Below are positions 20,066 to 29,851 of a stretch of DNA of 64,000 bases, one piece after another. Below the pieces are notes generated by a model. The model was given only the letters and a program-made list of their open reading frames with translations. It was not told where the DNA came from and did not search any database. Origin of the DNA: Bacilli bacterium (lineage in GTDB: Bacteria > Bacillota_I > Bacilli_A > RFN20 > UBA1709); the NCBI GenBank assembly GCA_050949315.1, contig JBMNFL010000001.1, positions 64,001 to 128,000 on the forward strand, in the 5' to 3' direction. Position 1 is the first letter of the stretch; each line of letters starts with the position of its first letter. Position numbers and translations under genes: made by a program.

Positions 20066-21508
20066 ATGTTTGATATCCTAATTATTGGGGCCGGGGTTGT
20101 TGGCTCAGCTATCGCTAGAGAACTTGCGAGGTATCAAGTTAAAGTAGCGGTGTTAGAAAAAGAAAATGATGTCTGTGAAGAGAGTTCAAAAGCCAATAGT
20201 GCCATCGTGCATTCCGGCTACGACCCACTCCCAGGCACTTTAAAAGCTAAACTCAATGTTGAGGGAAATAAATTGTTTGATCAATTGAGTCAAGAACTTG
20301 ATTTTGAATTTGAAAGAATTGGTTCTTTGACAGTAGCGAAAAACAAGGAAGAGTTAGCCGTGCTTGAAGAATTAGTAAAACGCGGTCAAGAAAATGGCGT
20401 TTTTACTCGCATTGTTAAAGATGAAGAATTGCAAGAAATGGAACCATTTTTAGTTGATGAGGCCATCGCTGCCTTATATGCCCCAACAGCCGGTATTGTC
20501 AATCCTTTTGAATATAATGTCGCCTTGATGGAAAATGCCATGGATAATGGTGTCCAACTCTTTTTGAATAATAAAGTTATCTCGATTAATAAAAAGAAAA
20601 ACTATTACGAAGTACTAACTAATAAGGCTATTTATAAGGCCAAAGTAGTTGTTAATGCGGCGGGTCTTTATAGTGGCGAAATCGCTAAGATGATCGGTAA
20701 TGATAGTATAAAAATCACGCCCTTCAAGGGAGAATATTATGTTTTAGACCATTTTGAGCGACCCTTTGTCAAGCACACAATTTTCCCACCACCTTCACAG
20801 GTTGGAAAAGGAATTTTAGTTTCGCCAACGACTCATGGTAATTATCTTCTTGGTCCTAATAGTGTAGAAACAGTGCCAGAAGATAAATCAACCACGGCTG
20901 CTGGTTTAGCCTCCATCAGAGAAGGAGCCCAAAGTTTAGTACAAAAAATTCCTTTCCAAGAAGTTATTCGCTCTTTTGCGGGTCTTAGAGCTAAGGATAT
21001 TTCAGATGATTTTGTTATTGAGGAAGATAAGAAAAATCGAAACTTTTTTCATGTGGCTGGCATTCAGTCTCCAGGTTTGGTTTCTTCACCTGCGATTGCT
21101 AAACTAGTCGTCAGCTTAATTGGAAAGAATATTAAATTAGAATCCAATCCTAATTTTAATCCTTATCGTCGCCCTTTGATTCGTCTAAAGAAAATGCCTT
21201 TAGAAGAAGTTGAAAAACTGATTGCTAAAGATCCGCGTTTCGGTCGTATTATTTGCCGTTGTGAGAAGATTTCTGAAGGAGAAATCGTCGATGTCATTCA
21301 TCGTAACTGCGGCGCGAGAACGGTTAAAGGAATTAAAAAACGTATTCGTCCAGGCTTTGGCAAATGTCAAGGTGGTTTCTGTGAACCTCTATGTGTCAAA
21401 ATTCTTGCCCGTGAGCTCGGCTTAAATGCTTTAGATATTCGTTATGGAACAAAGGATTCATATATTTTAGTCCGTCCAAGTAAGGAGGAAGAACATGAAA
21501 AAGGTTGA
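20066..21508 (+). CDS. FAD-dependent glycerol-3-phosphate dehydrogenase/oxidase with C-terminal BFD-like [2Fe-2S] domain
   Basis: GAGVVG, SKANSAIVHSG, CRCE...GKCQGGFC; follows glpK. Confidence 0.85.
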   Translation: MFDILIIGAGVVGSAIARELARYQVKVAVLEKENDVCEESSKANSAIVHSGYDPLPGTLKAKLNVEGNKLFDQLSQELDFEFERIGSLTVAKNKEELAVLEELVKRGQENGVFTRIVKDEELQEMEPFLVDEAIAALYAPTAGIVNPFEYNVALMENAMDNGVQLFLNNKVISINKKKNYYEVLTNKAIYKAKVVVNAAGLYSGEIAKMIGNDSIKITPFKGEYYVLDHFERPFVKHTIFPPPSQVGKGILVSPTTHGNYLLGPNSVETVPEDKSTTAAGLASIREGAQSLVQKIPFQEVIRSFAGLRAKDISDDFVIEEDKKNRNFFHVAGIQSPGLVSSPAIAKLVVSLIGKNIKLESNPNFNPYRRPLIRLKKMPLEEVEKLIAKDPRFGRIICRCEKISEGEIVDVIHRNCGARTVKGIKKRIRPGFGKCQGGFCEPLCVKILARELGLNALDIRYGTKDSYILVRPSKEEEHEKG

Positions 21509-22745
21509 TTTAGCGATCATTGGTGGTGGCAGTGCTGGGTTAGCGGCCGCGATTAGTGCTTACGATCAGGGTATTAAATCTCTAGTGATATTTGAAAAAG
21601 ATGATCACCTTGGAGGAATCCTTTTTCAATGTATTCATAGTGGTTTTGGTCTACAAGAATTTAAAGAGCAATTAAGCGGCCCTGAATATGCCGAAAGATT
21701 TATTAAACAAGTGGAAGAGCGGAAGATTAAGTATTATCTTGATACTACCGTTTTAGAAATTACTAAGGACAAAGTTTTAACATATTCTAATGCCCTTGAA
21801 GGGATTCAACAAATTCAGGCTAAAGCGATTATCTTAGCCAGTGGTTGCCGTGAAAGAACCAGAGGTTCTATTGATATCCCCGGTGATCGCCCCGCTGGTG
21901 TTATGACAGCTGGTGTGGCGCAACGTTATCTTAATATTGATGGTTATCTACCGGGTGAGCGTATTTTTATTCTCGGTAGTGGGGATGTTGGCTTAATAAC
22001 TGCTCGCCGTCTAGCCTTAGAAGGGGCGAAAGTCTTGGGTGTTGCCGAGTTAATGCCCTATTCCAGTGGTTTAGATCGCAACATCGTTCAATGTCTTGAG
22101 GACTTTTCCATTCCTTTATATTTAAGTCACACCGTGGTTAATGTTGTTGGAAAGGAAAGAGTAGAGAAGGTTGTTATCGCCCAAGTGGACGAACAATTCA
22201 AGCCCATTCCAGGTACGGAAAAAGAGTTTGCGGTTGATACTTTACTTTTATCAGTAGGTTTGATTCCCGATACGGAATTATTAACCCATATTCAAATCCC
22301 CTTGAATAGTAAGACGAGAGGGGCCTTGGTTAATGAATCCTTAGAAACAACAGTGCCTGGCATCTTTACCTGTGGTAATGCCTTGCATGTGCATGATTTA
22401 GTAGACTTTGTCAGTGCGGAAGGTCGAGAAGCTGGTCAAATGGCGGCTTTATATATCCAAGATAATCTAAAAGATGAGGGACCAAAATTAGTGACAAAAG
22501 CCTTAAATGGTGTTAATTATATCATTCCCGCCAGTATTAATCTGAATAGACTATCTAAAGGCGTCAATTTAAAGTTTAGGGTTACAAAACCCTATAAGAA
22601 AGTCAAACTACTAATCAAAGTTAATGGACAAGAAATTAAAAGGGTGTTTAAGCCCGCTATCTTGCCATCAGAAATGGAAAATCTCTTTATTCCTAAAGAA
22701 ATCTTGCCAGCAGAAGGCGAACTGACAGTTGAGGTAGAGACTTAA
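21495..22745 (+). CDS. FAD/NAD-dependent pyridine nucleotide-disulfide oxidoreductase (partner subunit)
   Basis: GGGSAGLAAA, QCIHSGFG, GCRER, CGNALHVHD. Confidence 0.85.
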   Translation: MKKVDLAIIGGGSAGLAAAISAYDQGIKSLVIFEKDDHLGGILFQCIHSGFGLQEFKEQLSGPEYAERFIKQVEERKIKYYLDTTVLEITKDKVLTYSNALEGIQQIQAKAIILASGCRERTRGSIDIPGDRPAGVMTAGVAQRYLNIDGYLPGERIFILGSGDVGLITARRLALEGAKVLGVAELMPYSSGLDRNIVQCLEDFSIPLYLSHTVVNVVGKERVEKVVIAQVDEQFKPIPGTEKEFAVDTLLLSVGLIPDTELLTHIQIPLNSKTRGALVNESLETTVPGIFTCGNALHVHDLVDFVSAEGREAGQMAALYIQDNLKDEGPKLVTKALNGVNYIIPASINLNRLSKGVNLKFRVTKPYKKVKLLIKVNGQEIKRVFKPAILPSEMENLFIPKEILPAEGELTVEVET

Positions 22746-23755
22746 TGAAAACTTATGCCATTGTTTTAGCAGCCGGTAAAGGGACGCGGATGGAAAGTGT
22801 ATTACCAAAATGCGCCGTCCCCCTTTTTAGTAAGCCGATGATTGAGTACTTAATTGATAGTTTAGAACAAAGTTCAGTAGACAAAATAATCGTGGTAGTT
22901 GGGTACAAAAAAGAAGTCATTGAAAAGCTTTTAAAGCAAAGAGTGCAGTATGTTTTGCAAGAAGAACAATTAGGGACGGGGCATGCCGTTTTATGTGCTA
23001 AAGAGGCCGTTGGCGAAGAAGGCCGCTCCATCATTATCCCTGGCGACACGCCTTTAATTGATTTAGAAATCATCAACAATTTAATAAAAACCCATGAAGA
23101 TGCCCAAAATGCTTTGACTTTAGGCACTATATTTTTAGATCAACCAGGAGCTTATGGAAGGATAGTTCGTTCAGAAACCGGACGTTTTTTAAGGATTGTT
23201 GAAGCTAAAGATGCTGAGCCCGAGATTTTAAAGATTAAAGAAATAAATAGTGGTTTATACTGTGTTGATAATAAGTTTTTGTTTAGTTTTTTAAATCAAG
23301 TAAAAAATAATAATGCTAGTGGTGAATATTATCTAACGGATATCGTTGAAATGATTGCTAATTCGGCTCAAGTTGGTACTTTCACCATCAAGGAAGCCTA
23401 TCGTTTAAAGGGCATTAATGATAAAGAAACACTGCTAGAGGTTGAAAAAGCTATGCAAGAGAAGATTAATTTTGACCTAATGCATAGAGGTATTAAAATT
23501 ATTGACCCAACAAGTGTGAAAATTGGTCCTGATGTCAAGGTAGGAAAAGGGGTCACTATTCATCCTAATTGCAAAATCACCGGCAGGACTTCAATTGGCG
23601 AAGGAGCCACTGTTGGACCAGATAGCGAGTTGCATAATGTTGAATTGGGTGCTAATGTTATCTGCGCTCACGCCACCCTTTGGAATTGTAAGGTTAAAGA
23701 AAATGAAATTGTCCTGCCTTATAGCTGTCAAAAACTAGAGGAGAGCGAAGTCTAA
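22745..23755 (+). CDS. glmU: GlmU-like N-acetylglucosamine-1-phosphate uridyltransferase, C-terminally short
   Basis: LAAGKGTRM, QLGTGHAV, EINSG, EYYLTD; only a few hexapeptide repeats (336 aa). Confidence 0.8.
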   Translation: MKTYAIVLAAGKGTRMESVLPKCAVPLFSKPMIEYLIDSLEQSSVDKIIVVVGYKKEVIEKLLKQRVQYVLQEEQLGTGHAVLCAKEAVGEEGRSIIIPGDTPLIDLEIINNLIKTHEDAQNALTLGTIFLDQPGAYGRIVRSETGRFLRIVEAKDAEPEILKIKEINSGLYCVDNKFLFSFLNQVKNNNASGEYYLTDIVEMIANSAQVGTFTIKEAYRLKGINDKETLLEVEKAMQEKINFDLMHRGIKIIDPTSVKIGPDVKVGKGVTIHPNCKITGRTSIGEGATVGPDSELHNVELGANVICAHATLWNCKVKENEIVLPYSCQKLEESEV

Positions 23756-23756
23756 G

Positions 23757-24284
23757 ATGTATTATGTTGTTCAAGTAAGCACTGGTCAAGAAGCCGAAAC
23801 CATGGAGTTAATCAAAAAGAAAATCAGTCCGGAATTAGTCTTGGATGTCTTTTCTCCGACCCTTAAGTATCGACGCAAATTTAAAACAGGCTGGCGCGAG
23901 GTTACCAAACGCTGTTTTCCTGGTTATATTTTTATTGAAAGTCCCTCTCCACAAGCCCTTTTTTTAGAGCTTTATAAGATTCCTATGTTTACGCGTTTAC
24001 TAGGCAAGGATCGTTCTAGTGATGGCTTTGTACCTTTGACCAAAGAAGAAAGTGACTTAATTGATACTTTAGCTGATAAGAATAATGATCGAACGGTTGA
24101 TATCTCCAATGTTAAAATTAGTGAAGGTCAAATTGTTCATGTTTTAGATGGTCCTTTAAGAGGGCGCTTAGCTAAGGTAGTTAAAGTCAATCTTCATAAG
24201 CGTTTGGTTACCGTTTCTTTTGATATGATGGGGCGAGAAATGACGGTAGATTTAGGAATTAATATTGTTGTCGAAAAAGAATAA
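23757..24284 (+). CDS. NusG paralogue, LoaP/UpxY-like antiterminator
   Basis: MYYVVQVSTGQE, FPGYIF, KOW with GPLRG, NLHKR. Confidence 0.82.
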   Translation: MYYVVQVSTGQEAETMELIKKKISPELVLDVFSPTLKYRRKFKTGWREVTKRCFPGYIFIESPSPQALFLELYKIPMFTRLLGKDRSSDGFVPLTKEESDLIDTLADKNNDRTVDISNVKISEGQIVHVLDGPLRGRLAKVVKVNLHKRLVTVSFDMMGREMTVDLGINIVVEKE

Positions 24285-24305
24285 AGGTTACTTTGTAACC
24301 TTTTT
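24283..24305 (+). terminator. Intrinsic terminator after the LoaP-like gene
   Basis: AAAGGTTAC-ttt-GTAACCTTTTT. Confidence 0.75.
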
Positions 24306-24409
24306 AATTATCACTGATTAGTTTTTTAGTAGTTTTTTAGTTTATCTCTTTTAATTTATAAAAAGACTTGTTATAATTACAAGTAATTACGGTACTAAAA
24401 AGGTTAAGG

Positions 24410-26194
24410 ATGGTGTCGAAAGTAATGTCCAAAACTAATTTTGCCCAGCGTTTTACAGATTATGAATATTCTTCTAAGCGGGAAATCGCGGAGATTTTAG
24501 GTCCATCATATGTGGAAAGTGTTTGGCGTTTAACCTGTGACTATCGGGAAAAATATCGTTTTCCGCTGGCTTTGAAACGCTTTGATAACTTTCCTTTTAC
24601 GGTGGTTTTAACTCCGGCGATTATGGCCCATGCCAATACGGCTGAACGTAAAATGTTTGAGTATAGTATCCTTTATGAAAATTATCGTAACCGTGAAAGT
24701 ATTTCTGAAGATAAGGTTCTTCAAGCGTATAAAGAAGAAATCGTTAAAGCCGATCTTTTAGCCTTGGCGCACAATGCTGATTTAGAAGTAGGCGAGCGTG
24801 ATATTGATTTAATGTTAGAGCCAACTTCTTTGCATCTTAAAGAAAGTCAGATTTACGGCTACTATAAGGCCTTACAGTATTTAACAACTGAGGCAACTTC
24901 TTATACCTTTAGTCGTAATGTTTTACGCGATACCTATAACAAAATTGTCCATAGTAGTGACAAAATGTTGCGTTATCGTGAGAAAGAAGCTTTCATTGAA
25001 GATGTAGCTGATCTCAATCCCAAAGATATCAAAGGAGCGCCCAGCAATCGGATTATTGAATTTATGGATCAGCTCTTTAACTTTTATGAGTCTGATTTTG
25101 AACTTTCGCCTTTTATTATTGGCTCGATTATGTATGCCTATATCCTCTATATTTTGCCCTTTGAAAAATATTCTAGTTATGTGGCCTGTTTAGTTTTACA
25201 AAAGATTTTAGCCGAAAAGGGCTATGGGGAGGCTTGTTTCTATTTGTCTTTGCCCCAGTCCTTAGTTAAGAAAAGTGCTAAATTAAAAGAGGCTTATGAA
25301 AATAGTCGTTTAAGTGGCGATCTTACTTACATCATCATCTTTCTCTGTAATTTGATGCGGGATGCTTTAAATTGGAAAATAACGAATATCCAAACTTTAG
25401 AATTACCTCAGCCTATTCGTGATGAAGTTAAAGTAGTGGAAAAAGTAGTGGAAGTTCCAGTAGAAAGAACGATTGAAGTTATTCGCGAAGTCATTAAAGA
25501 GGTCAAGGTTCCGGTTGAAAAAATTGTCTATGTTGAGCGGCCAGCTAGTTCTAATGTGACAGCCGCTGGTACTACTAATCCTTCTTTAGCAAAAGAAAAA
25601 GACCCCTATGCTAATGTCGACACCTTAAAACTCGGTGAAAAGATTGAGATTGAGAAGGTGGAAGAAGAGCAGAAGATTCGTGAATATCCACGTCCGCCTG
25701 AGCATAAGGCTACCCAATTTGATTTCATGGAAGATCCTTTTGCCAGCAAATTACCAGTTTATGAAACTCCCAAAGCGAGTAAAGAAGTTCTAAAGCCGAA
25801 TGTTCCTACTGAAACGATCCGTCAGGAAGAACCTAGTTATACTCCCGAAGAGCCTTCTGAGAGTCCAGATACTGAAGTTAAGAAAGCGGAAATTTTACAT
25901 GATGATATGCGCGAGGCGGTTGCCAAACTTATCGATTTACCACCTGAGCAGATGGCTAAAGGCCTAATTGAAATCAATCCTTTGATTCGCTATCACCAGG
26001 CCTCCTTTTATGCCCATCATCATGATTTTGGTCGTTATTATACCATTAGTCAGTTCAAAAAGTTTGCCAATTGCGCTTATGAAACGGCCAGAACTTCCAT
26101 GGAATGTTTAGTTTCTTTATGTCTCTACCGTAAAGAACAGTTAAAGAATAAATTTGTTTATACTCCGACCGCTATTAAAGAACAAGACAAATAA
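24410..26194 (+). CDS. Fic-like protein with degenerate active site, VPV-repeat/low-complexity linker and C-terminal HTH-like domain
   Basis: YILPFEKYSSYVA in place of HPFxDGNGR; VEKVVEVPVERTIEVIREVIKEVKVPVEKIVYVE. Confidence 0.6.
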   Translation: MVSKVMSKTNFAQRFTDYEYSSKREIAEILGPSYVESVWRLTCDYREKYRFPLALKRFDNFPFTVVLTPAIMAHANTAERKMFEYSILYENYRNRESISEDKVLQAYKEEIVKADLLALAHNADLEVGERDIDLMLEPTSLHLKESQIYGYYKALQYLTTEATSYTFSRNVLRDTYNKIVHSSDKMLRYREKEAFIEDVADLNPKDIKGAPSNRIIEFMDQLFNFYESDFELSPFIIGSIMYAYILYILPFEKYSSYVACLVLQKILAEKGYGEACFYLSLPQSLVKKSAKLKEAYENSRLSGDLTYIIIFLCNLMRDALNWKITNIQTLELPQPIRDEVKVVEKVVEVPVERTIEVIREVIKEVKVPVEKIVYVERPASSNVTAAGTTNPSLAKEKDPYANVDTLKLGEKIEIEKVEEEQKIREYPRPPEHKATQFDFMEDPFASKLPVYETPKASKEVLKPNVPTETIRQEEPSYTPEEPSESPDTEVKKAEILHDDMREAVAKLIDLPPEQMAKGLIEINPLIRYHQASFYAHHHDFGRYYTISQFKKFANCAYETARTSMECLVSLCLYRKEQLKNKFVYTPTAIKEQDK

Positions 26195-26235
26195 GTTTTT
26201 GATATGCGGAAAGTTATGATTGAGGAAGTGGCACA

Positions 26236-27324
26236 ATGAATAAGGCAATAGCCCTTTATGTTCATGTGCCTTTTTGTCGTAATATTTGTTTTTATTGCGA
26301 TTTTTGCAAGGTTTTTTATCAAGAAGAAGCGGCAAATCGCTATCTTGATACTTTAGAAAGAGAACTAGAAGGCAAGAACTATTGGTTTAAGAGTATTTAT
26401 CTTGGTGGTGGCTCGCCTTCTTCTTTAAAGGCTTATCAGTTGGAGCGTTTGTTAAGGATGCTTAGTAAGTATAAGAGCGAAAGCAGCTCTTTTTGTATTG
26501 AACTAAATCCTGAGGATATGGATGATGAAAAACTAAGCCTTCTTAAACAATATGGCATTAATCGTGTGAGTATCGGGATCCAAACCTTTGATGATAAGCT
26601 CTTAGAAAAACTAAATCGCCAGCACAATAAACAAATGGTTTTTAAATTAATAGAAGACTTGCGTAATTTAGAGATTTTTGATATCAATGGTGATTTAATG
26701 TATGCTCTACCGAATCAAAAAAGAACGCAACTTCTAGCCGATTTAAAAATTATGGTTGAGGATTTAAAATTACCTCATATTTCAACCTATGCTCTAAGCA
26801 TTGAGAAAAACACTTATTTTGCCGTTAAAAAAGTTTCAGCCCTCAGCGATGATGAAGCAGCGGAGCAATATGCTTTAATAGGCGAATATTTAAGAAAAGC
26901 TAATTACGAACACTATGAGGTTAGCAATTTTGCTAGGAAGGGCTATGAATCAAAACATAACCTTGTTTACTGGCATGCTGAAGAATATATTGGCCTTGGT
27001 CCAGGCGCTAGTGGTTATGAAAAAGGAGTTCGTTATCAAGTTTCCTCTAGTGTCAGTGCCTATTGTGCCGGGAAGATTACCAAAAGCCACGAAGAAATAG
27101 GCCTTGATGAGCAGGCTTATGAACGGATTATTCTTAGTTTACGTTTAAAAGAAGGTTTAGATATTGAAAAGTATAATCAAGATTTTCAACGGGATTTTCT
27201 TAAAGATTATGAAAAAGTAATAGCCAAACTTTTAAAAGATCAGCTGGTTGTAATTAAAAGAAAGCATTTAATTGTTAAAGAGGATAAACTTTTTATTCTT
27301 AATCGTATTCTCTGTGAATTTTAA
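26236..27324 (+). CDS. hemW: Radical SAM heme chaperone HemW (HemN-like)
   Basis: YVHVPFCRNICFYCDF, HYEVSNF, HNLVYW. Confidence 0.9.
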   Translation: MNKAIALYVHVPFCRNICFYCDFCKVFYQEEAANRYLDTLERELEGKNYWFKSIYLGGGSPSSLKAYQLERLLRMLSKYKSESSSFCIELNPEDMDDEKLSLLKQYGINRVSIGIQTFDDKLLEKLNRQHNKQMVFKLIEDLRNLEIFDINGDLMYALPNQKRTQLLADLKIMVEDLKLPHISTYALSIEKNTYFAVKKVSALSDDEAAEQYALIGEYLRKANYEHYEVSNFARKGYESKHNLVYWHAEEYIGLGPGASGYEKGVRYQVSSSVSAYCAGKITKSHEEIGLDEQAYERIILSLRLKEGLDIEKYNQDFQRDFLKDYEKVIAKLLKDQLVVIKRKHLIVKEDKLFILNRILCEF

Positions 27325-28496
27325 TATTCTCCTTGATCGTAAAGAGAAAAGAGCAATTGTTGCATTGGCGAATAAGTCACGACATAAACTGGACTACCAT
27401 CAGGATAATAAGTTCCCGATTCTTGTGCATCTTCTTGATCAATATAACTATCAACACCAGTACTAATACCCTGACTTTTAAGATATAAGTCATTCAGCCA
27501 ATCTTGGAATTCGCTGAAAAATTTGTGCTCCTCCCAGTATTCATCATAATTAGCGTACTCATTTAAAACTAGTGAACTTAGGCTTGCCTGCACCTCTTCA
27601 AAATCTTCTTTAGAACAGGAGTAGTATACCGCACTTAATAAGCGGGGGCAGGCCCGGAAATAGGCGCTGTATTTAATAAAGGAATTGTCGCTATTTAAAC
27701 AAACAAGTAAAGCGCACAAATTGGCATCATCTTCGCGCATAACACCTTTGGAATGTGCTAGTTCATGGGCTAATGTAAAAGGTATTTCTACGGGTGGCAT
27801 TAATTTATTGACATGGTTTTCGCCAGTTAAACTAAAACTAATACCCGTTGTTTGCATCTCACTTAAAAACCAACTATTTAATAGATATTTGGTTTTGGGA
27901 CTATAACTAGAAAAATAATCATCATTTAATTTTTGATACTCTTCGCTAATTAAGTTATGAAGCTCATCAAGGCTTAAACGGAGTTTAGCAGAGCCCGCAC
28001 TATCGCGTTCTAAATCATTAGCGACCGTGTTGAAATTATCAATATAGGCAAGGGCAATTGTCTTGACTTTATCGCTACTTATTTCCTCTGAATAGTTAGG
28101 AAAATTTAAGGGCGCTCTTTTATAACTTGGTCCGGTTACAAAGGCATAGATAGCTATGATTAAGGCGTAGACAAGAACGATATCTACCAAAGAATTCAAG
28201 GCTTTAATAAAGCGTCCTTTAAAGAGTTTTTTAAAGAAAAGGACTAGCCAAATTAGTGTAAATAGAAGAGCAACTAAAACTAGTATTTCAAATAGGCTAA
28301 AGGGTAGGATACTGCTAATGTGGCCAAAAGCATAGACCCAGTAACGCTGGATGTGGCGGGCCCAAAACTCAGCACTACTTTCATTCAAACCCAAAAAATA
28401 GGCGGCTAGCAAAAGTAAGCCACTTATAATCATGATGATAAATCTTCTTAGCCAAGGATGTTTAATTCCTGGGTTGTTTTTAAATAAAGATCTCAT
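27321..28496 (-). CDS. DUF3810-like membrane-anchored putative metalloprotease
   Basis: TM helices, FTLAHELAHSKG...EDDAN. Start reassigned to ATG 28496 because the longer ORF overlaps the T-box promoter. Confidence 0.75.
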   Translation of the reverse strand: MRSLFKNNPGIKHPWLRRFIIMIISGLLLLAAYFLGLNESSAEFWARHIQRYWVYAFGHISSILPFSLFEILVLVALLFTLIWLVLFFKKLFKGRFIKALNSLVDIVLVYALIIAIYAFVTGPSYKRAPLNFPNYSEEISSDKVKTIALAYIDNFNTVANDLERDSAGSAKLRLSLDELHNLISEEYQKLNDDYFSSYSPKTKYLLNSWFLSEMQTTGISFSLTGENHVNKLMPPVEIPFTLAHELAHSKGVMREDDANLCALLVCLNSDNSFIKYSAYFRACPRLLSAVYYSCSKEDFEEVQASLSSLVLNEYANYDEYWEEHKFFSEFQDWLNDLYLKSQGISTGVDSYIDQEDAQESGTYYPDGSPVYVVTYSPMQQLLFSLYDQGEY

Positions 28497-28591
28497 GCTT
28501 AAATTATAACGTAAAAGTTTTGTCTTGTTAATAAGTAACACTTTTAAATTAAAGACTTGCAATAACAGCCTTGATAGTTTAAAATTAGGCC

Positions 28592-28836
28592 ATAAAACGA
28601 AGAAGAGAAGAGTAACTAGCGTCATTACCTTTTAGAGAGCTTCGCTTGGTGAAAAGAAGTAGGGAAAGGCTTAGTGAAGATGGTCTTGGAGTTGTGGTAT
28701 CGAAGTAATTTAGGTATCATCGGGTCCGCCCGTTATCGCGCAAGAGTATGATGGTACTCTGTAAGGTGTTTATCGTGAGGTAAGCATAAATTAAGGTGGT
28801 AACACGAGTAATTCGTCCTTAAAGGGACGTTTTTTG
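28592..28836 (+). promoter_or_regulatory. Met T-box riboswitch with terminator
   Basis: AGAGAG and GGTGAAA stem I motifs, specifier ATG 28680-28682, T-box AAGGTGGTAACACG 28793-28806, terminator CGTCCTT/AGGGACG+T; promoter TTGCAA-17-TAAAAT. Confidence 0.9.
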
Positions 28837-28856
28837 TTTTTTAAGGGGGTTAAGTC

Positions 28857-29849
28857 ATGATTGAATTGAAGCATGTTTCAAAAAGTTTTCCAACTAAAAG
28901 TGGGACTGTAGTAGCCTTAAATGATATCAATTTATGCATTGAAGATGGTGACATTTACGGCATAATTGGTCTTTCTGGGGCCGGTAAAAGCACTTTGGTT
29001 CGCTGCATCAATCTTTTGGAAAAGCCCAGTGCGGGAGAAATTTATATTGATGGTGAAAATATTCTTGAATTTGATGCTAAACGCTTATCGGCTCTTAGAC
29101 GTAATATTGGAATGATTTTTCAAAGTTTTAATCTACTAGAACAACGAACGGTTGCCGCTAATATCGCCTTCCCCTTAGAAATTGCTAAATACAGCAAAGA
29201 AGAGCGGGAGAAAAGAGTTAAAGAATTATTAAAACTGGTTGGCCTTGTAGATAAAGAAAAGGCCTATCCCTCACAATTAAGCGGCGGTCAAAAACAAAGA
29301 GTGGCGATTGCTCGAGCCTTGGCCACAAGACCAAAGTATTTGCTTTGCGACGAAGCAACTAGTTCTCTTGATCCCAACACAACCTCTTCAATTCTGAATC
29401 TATTAAAAAGTATCAATCAGGAATTGGGTGTAACTATTATTGTAATAACCCATGAAATGCGGGTAATTGAAAGCATTTGTAACAAGGTGGCTGTCATTGA
29501 CCATAGTCAAATTGTGGAGTCAGGCTTAGTCAGTCAAGTTTTTGCCGATCCCAAGTCGCAAATAGCTCGCGAATTAATCCTGCCAGATCTGCTCAAACTT
29601 CCGGCCAAAGACACCACCCAAGTGCGTTTTCGCTTGATTTTTAAAGGTGAGGTTATCAATCAACCCATTATTTCGGATTTAGCGATTAAATGTCAGGTGC
29701 CAATTAATATTCTCTATGCAGATGCCAAGAGTATTGAGAATAAAACTTATGGCCAGATGGTTATAACAATTCCTAATGAAGAGGAAGTTGTCAGTAAAAT
29801 TACGGCCTATCTTGATCAAGTTAAAGTTACCTATGTTAAGGAGGTGTAG
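28857..29849 (+). CDS. metN: Methionine ABC transporter ATPase
   Basis: GLSGAGKS, LSGGQKQR, CDEATS, NIL domain. Confidence 0.94.
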   Translation: MIELKHVSKSFPTKSGTVVALNDINLCIEDGDIYGIIGLSGAGKSTLVRCINLLEKPSAGEIYIDGENILEFDAKRLSALRRNIGMIFQSFNLLEQRTVAANIAFPLEIAKYSKEEREKRVKELLKLVGLVDKEKAYPSQLSGGQKQRVAIARALATRPKYLLCDEATSSLDPNTTSSILNLLKSINQELGVTIIVITHEMRVIESICNKVAVIDHSQIVESGLVSQVFADPKSQIARELILPDLLKLPAKDTTQVRFRLIFKGEVINQPIISDLAIKCQVPINILYADAKSIENKTYGQMVITIPNEEEVVSKITAYLDQVKVTYVKEV

Positions 29850-29851
29850 AG

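Noticed and set aside
24334-24349. 16-bp TTTTTAGTTTATCTCT also found at 49550-49565
   Set aside because: Low-complexity T-rich sequence; it lacks the flanking GGAA/CTATGTTAT boxes, so it is probably chance.
28497-28625. N-terminal extension of the DUF3810-like ORF, and a SAM riboswitch call for the metN leader
   Set aside because: The extension overlaps divergent promoters; the leader has T-box motifs, not S-box motifs.
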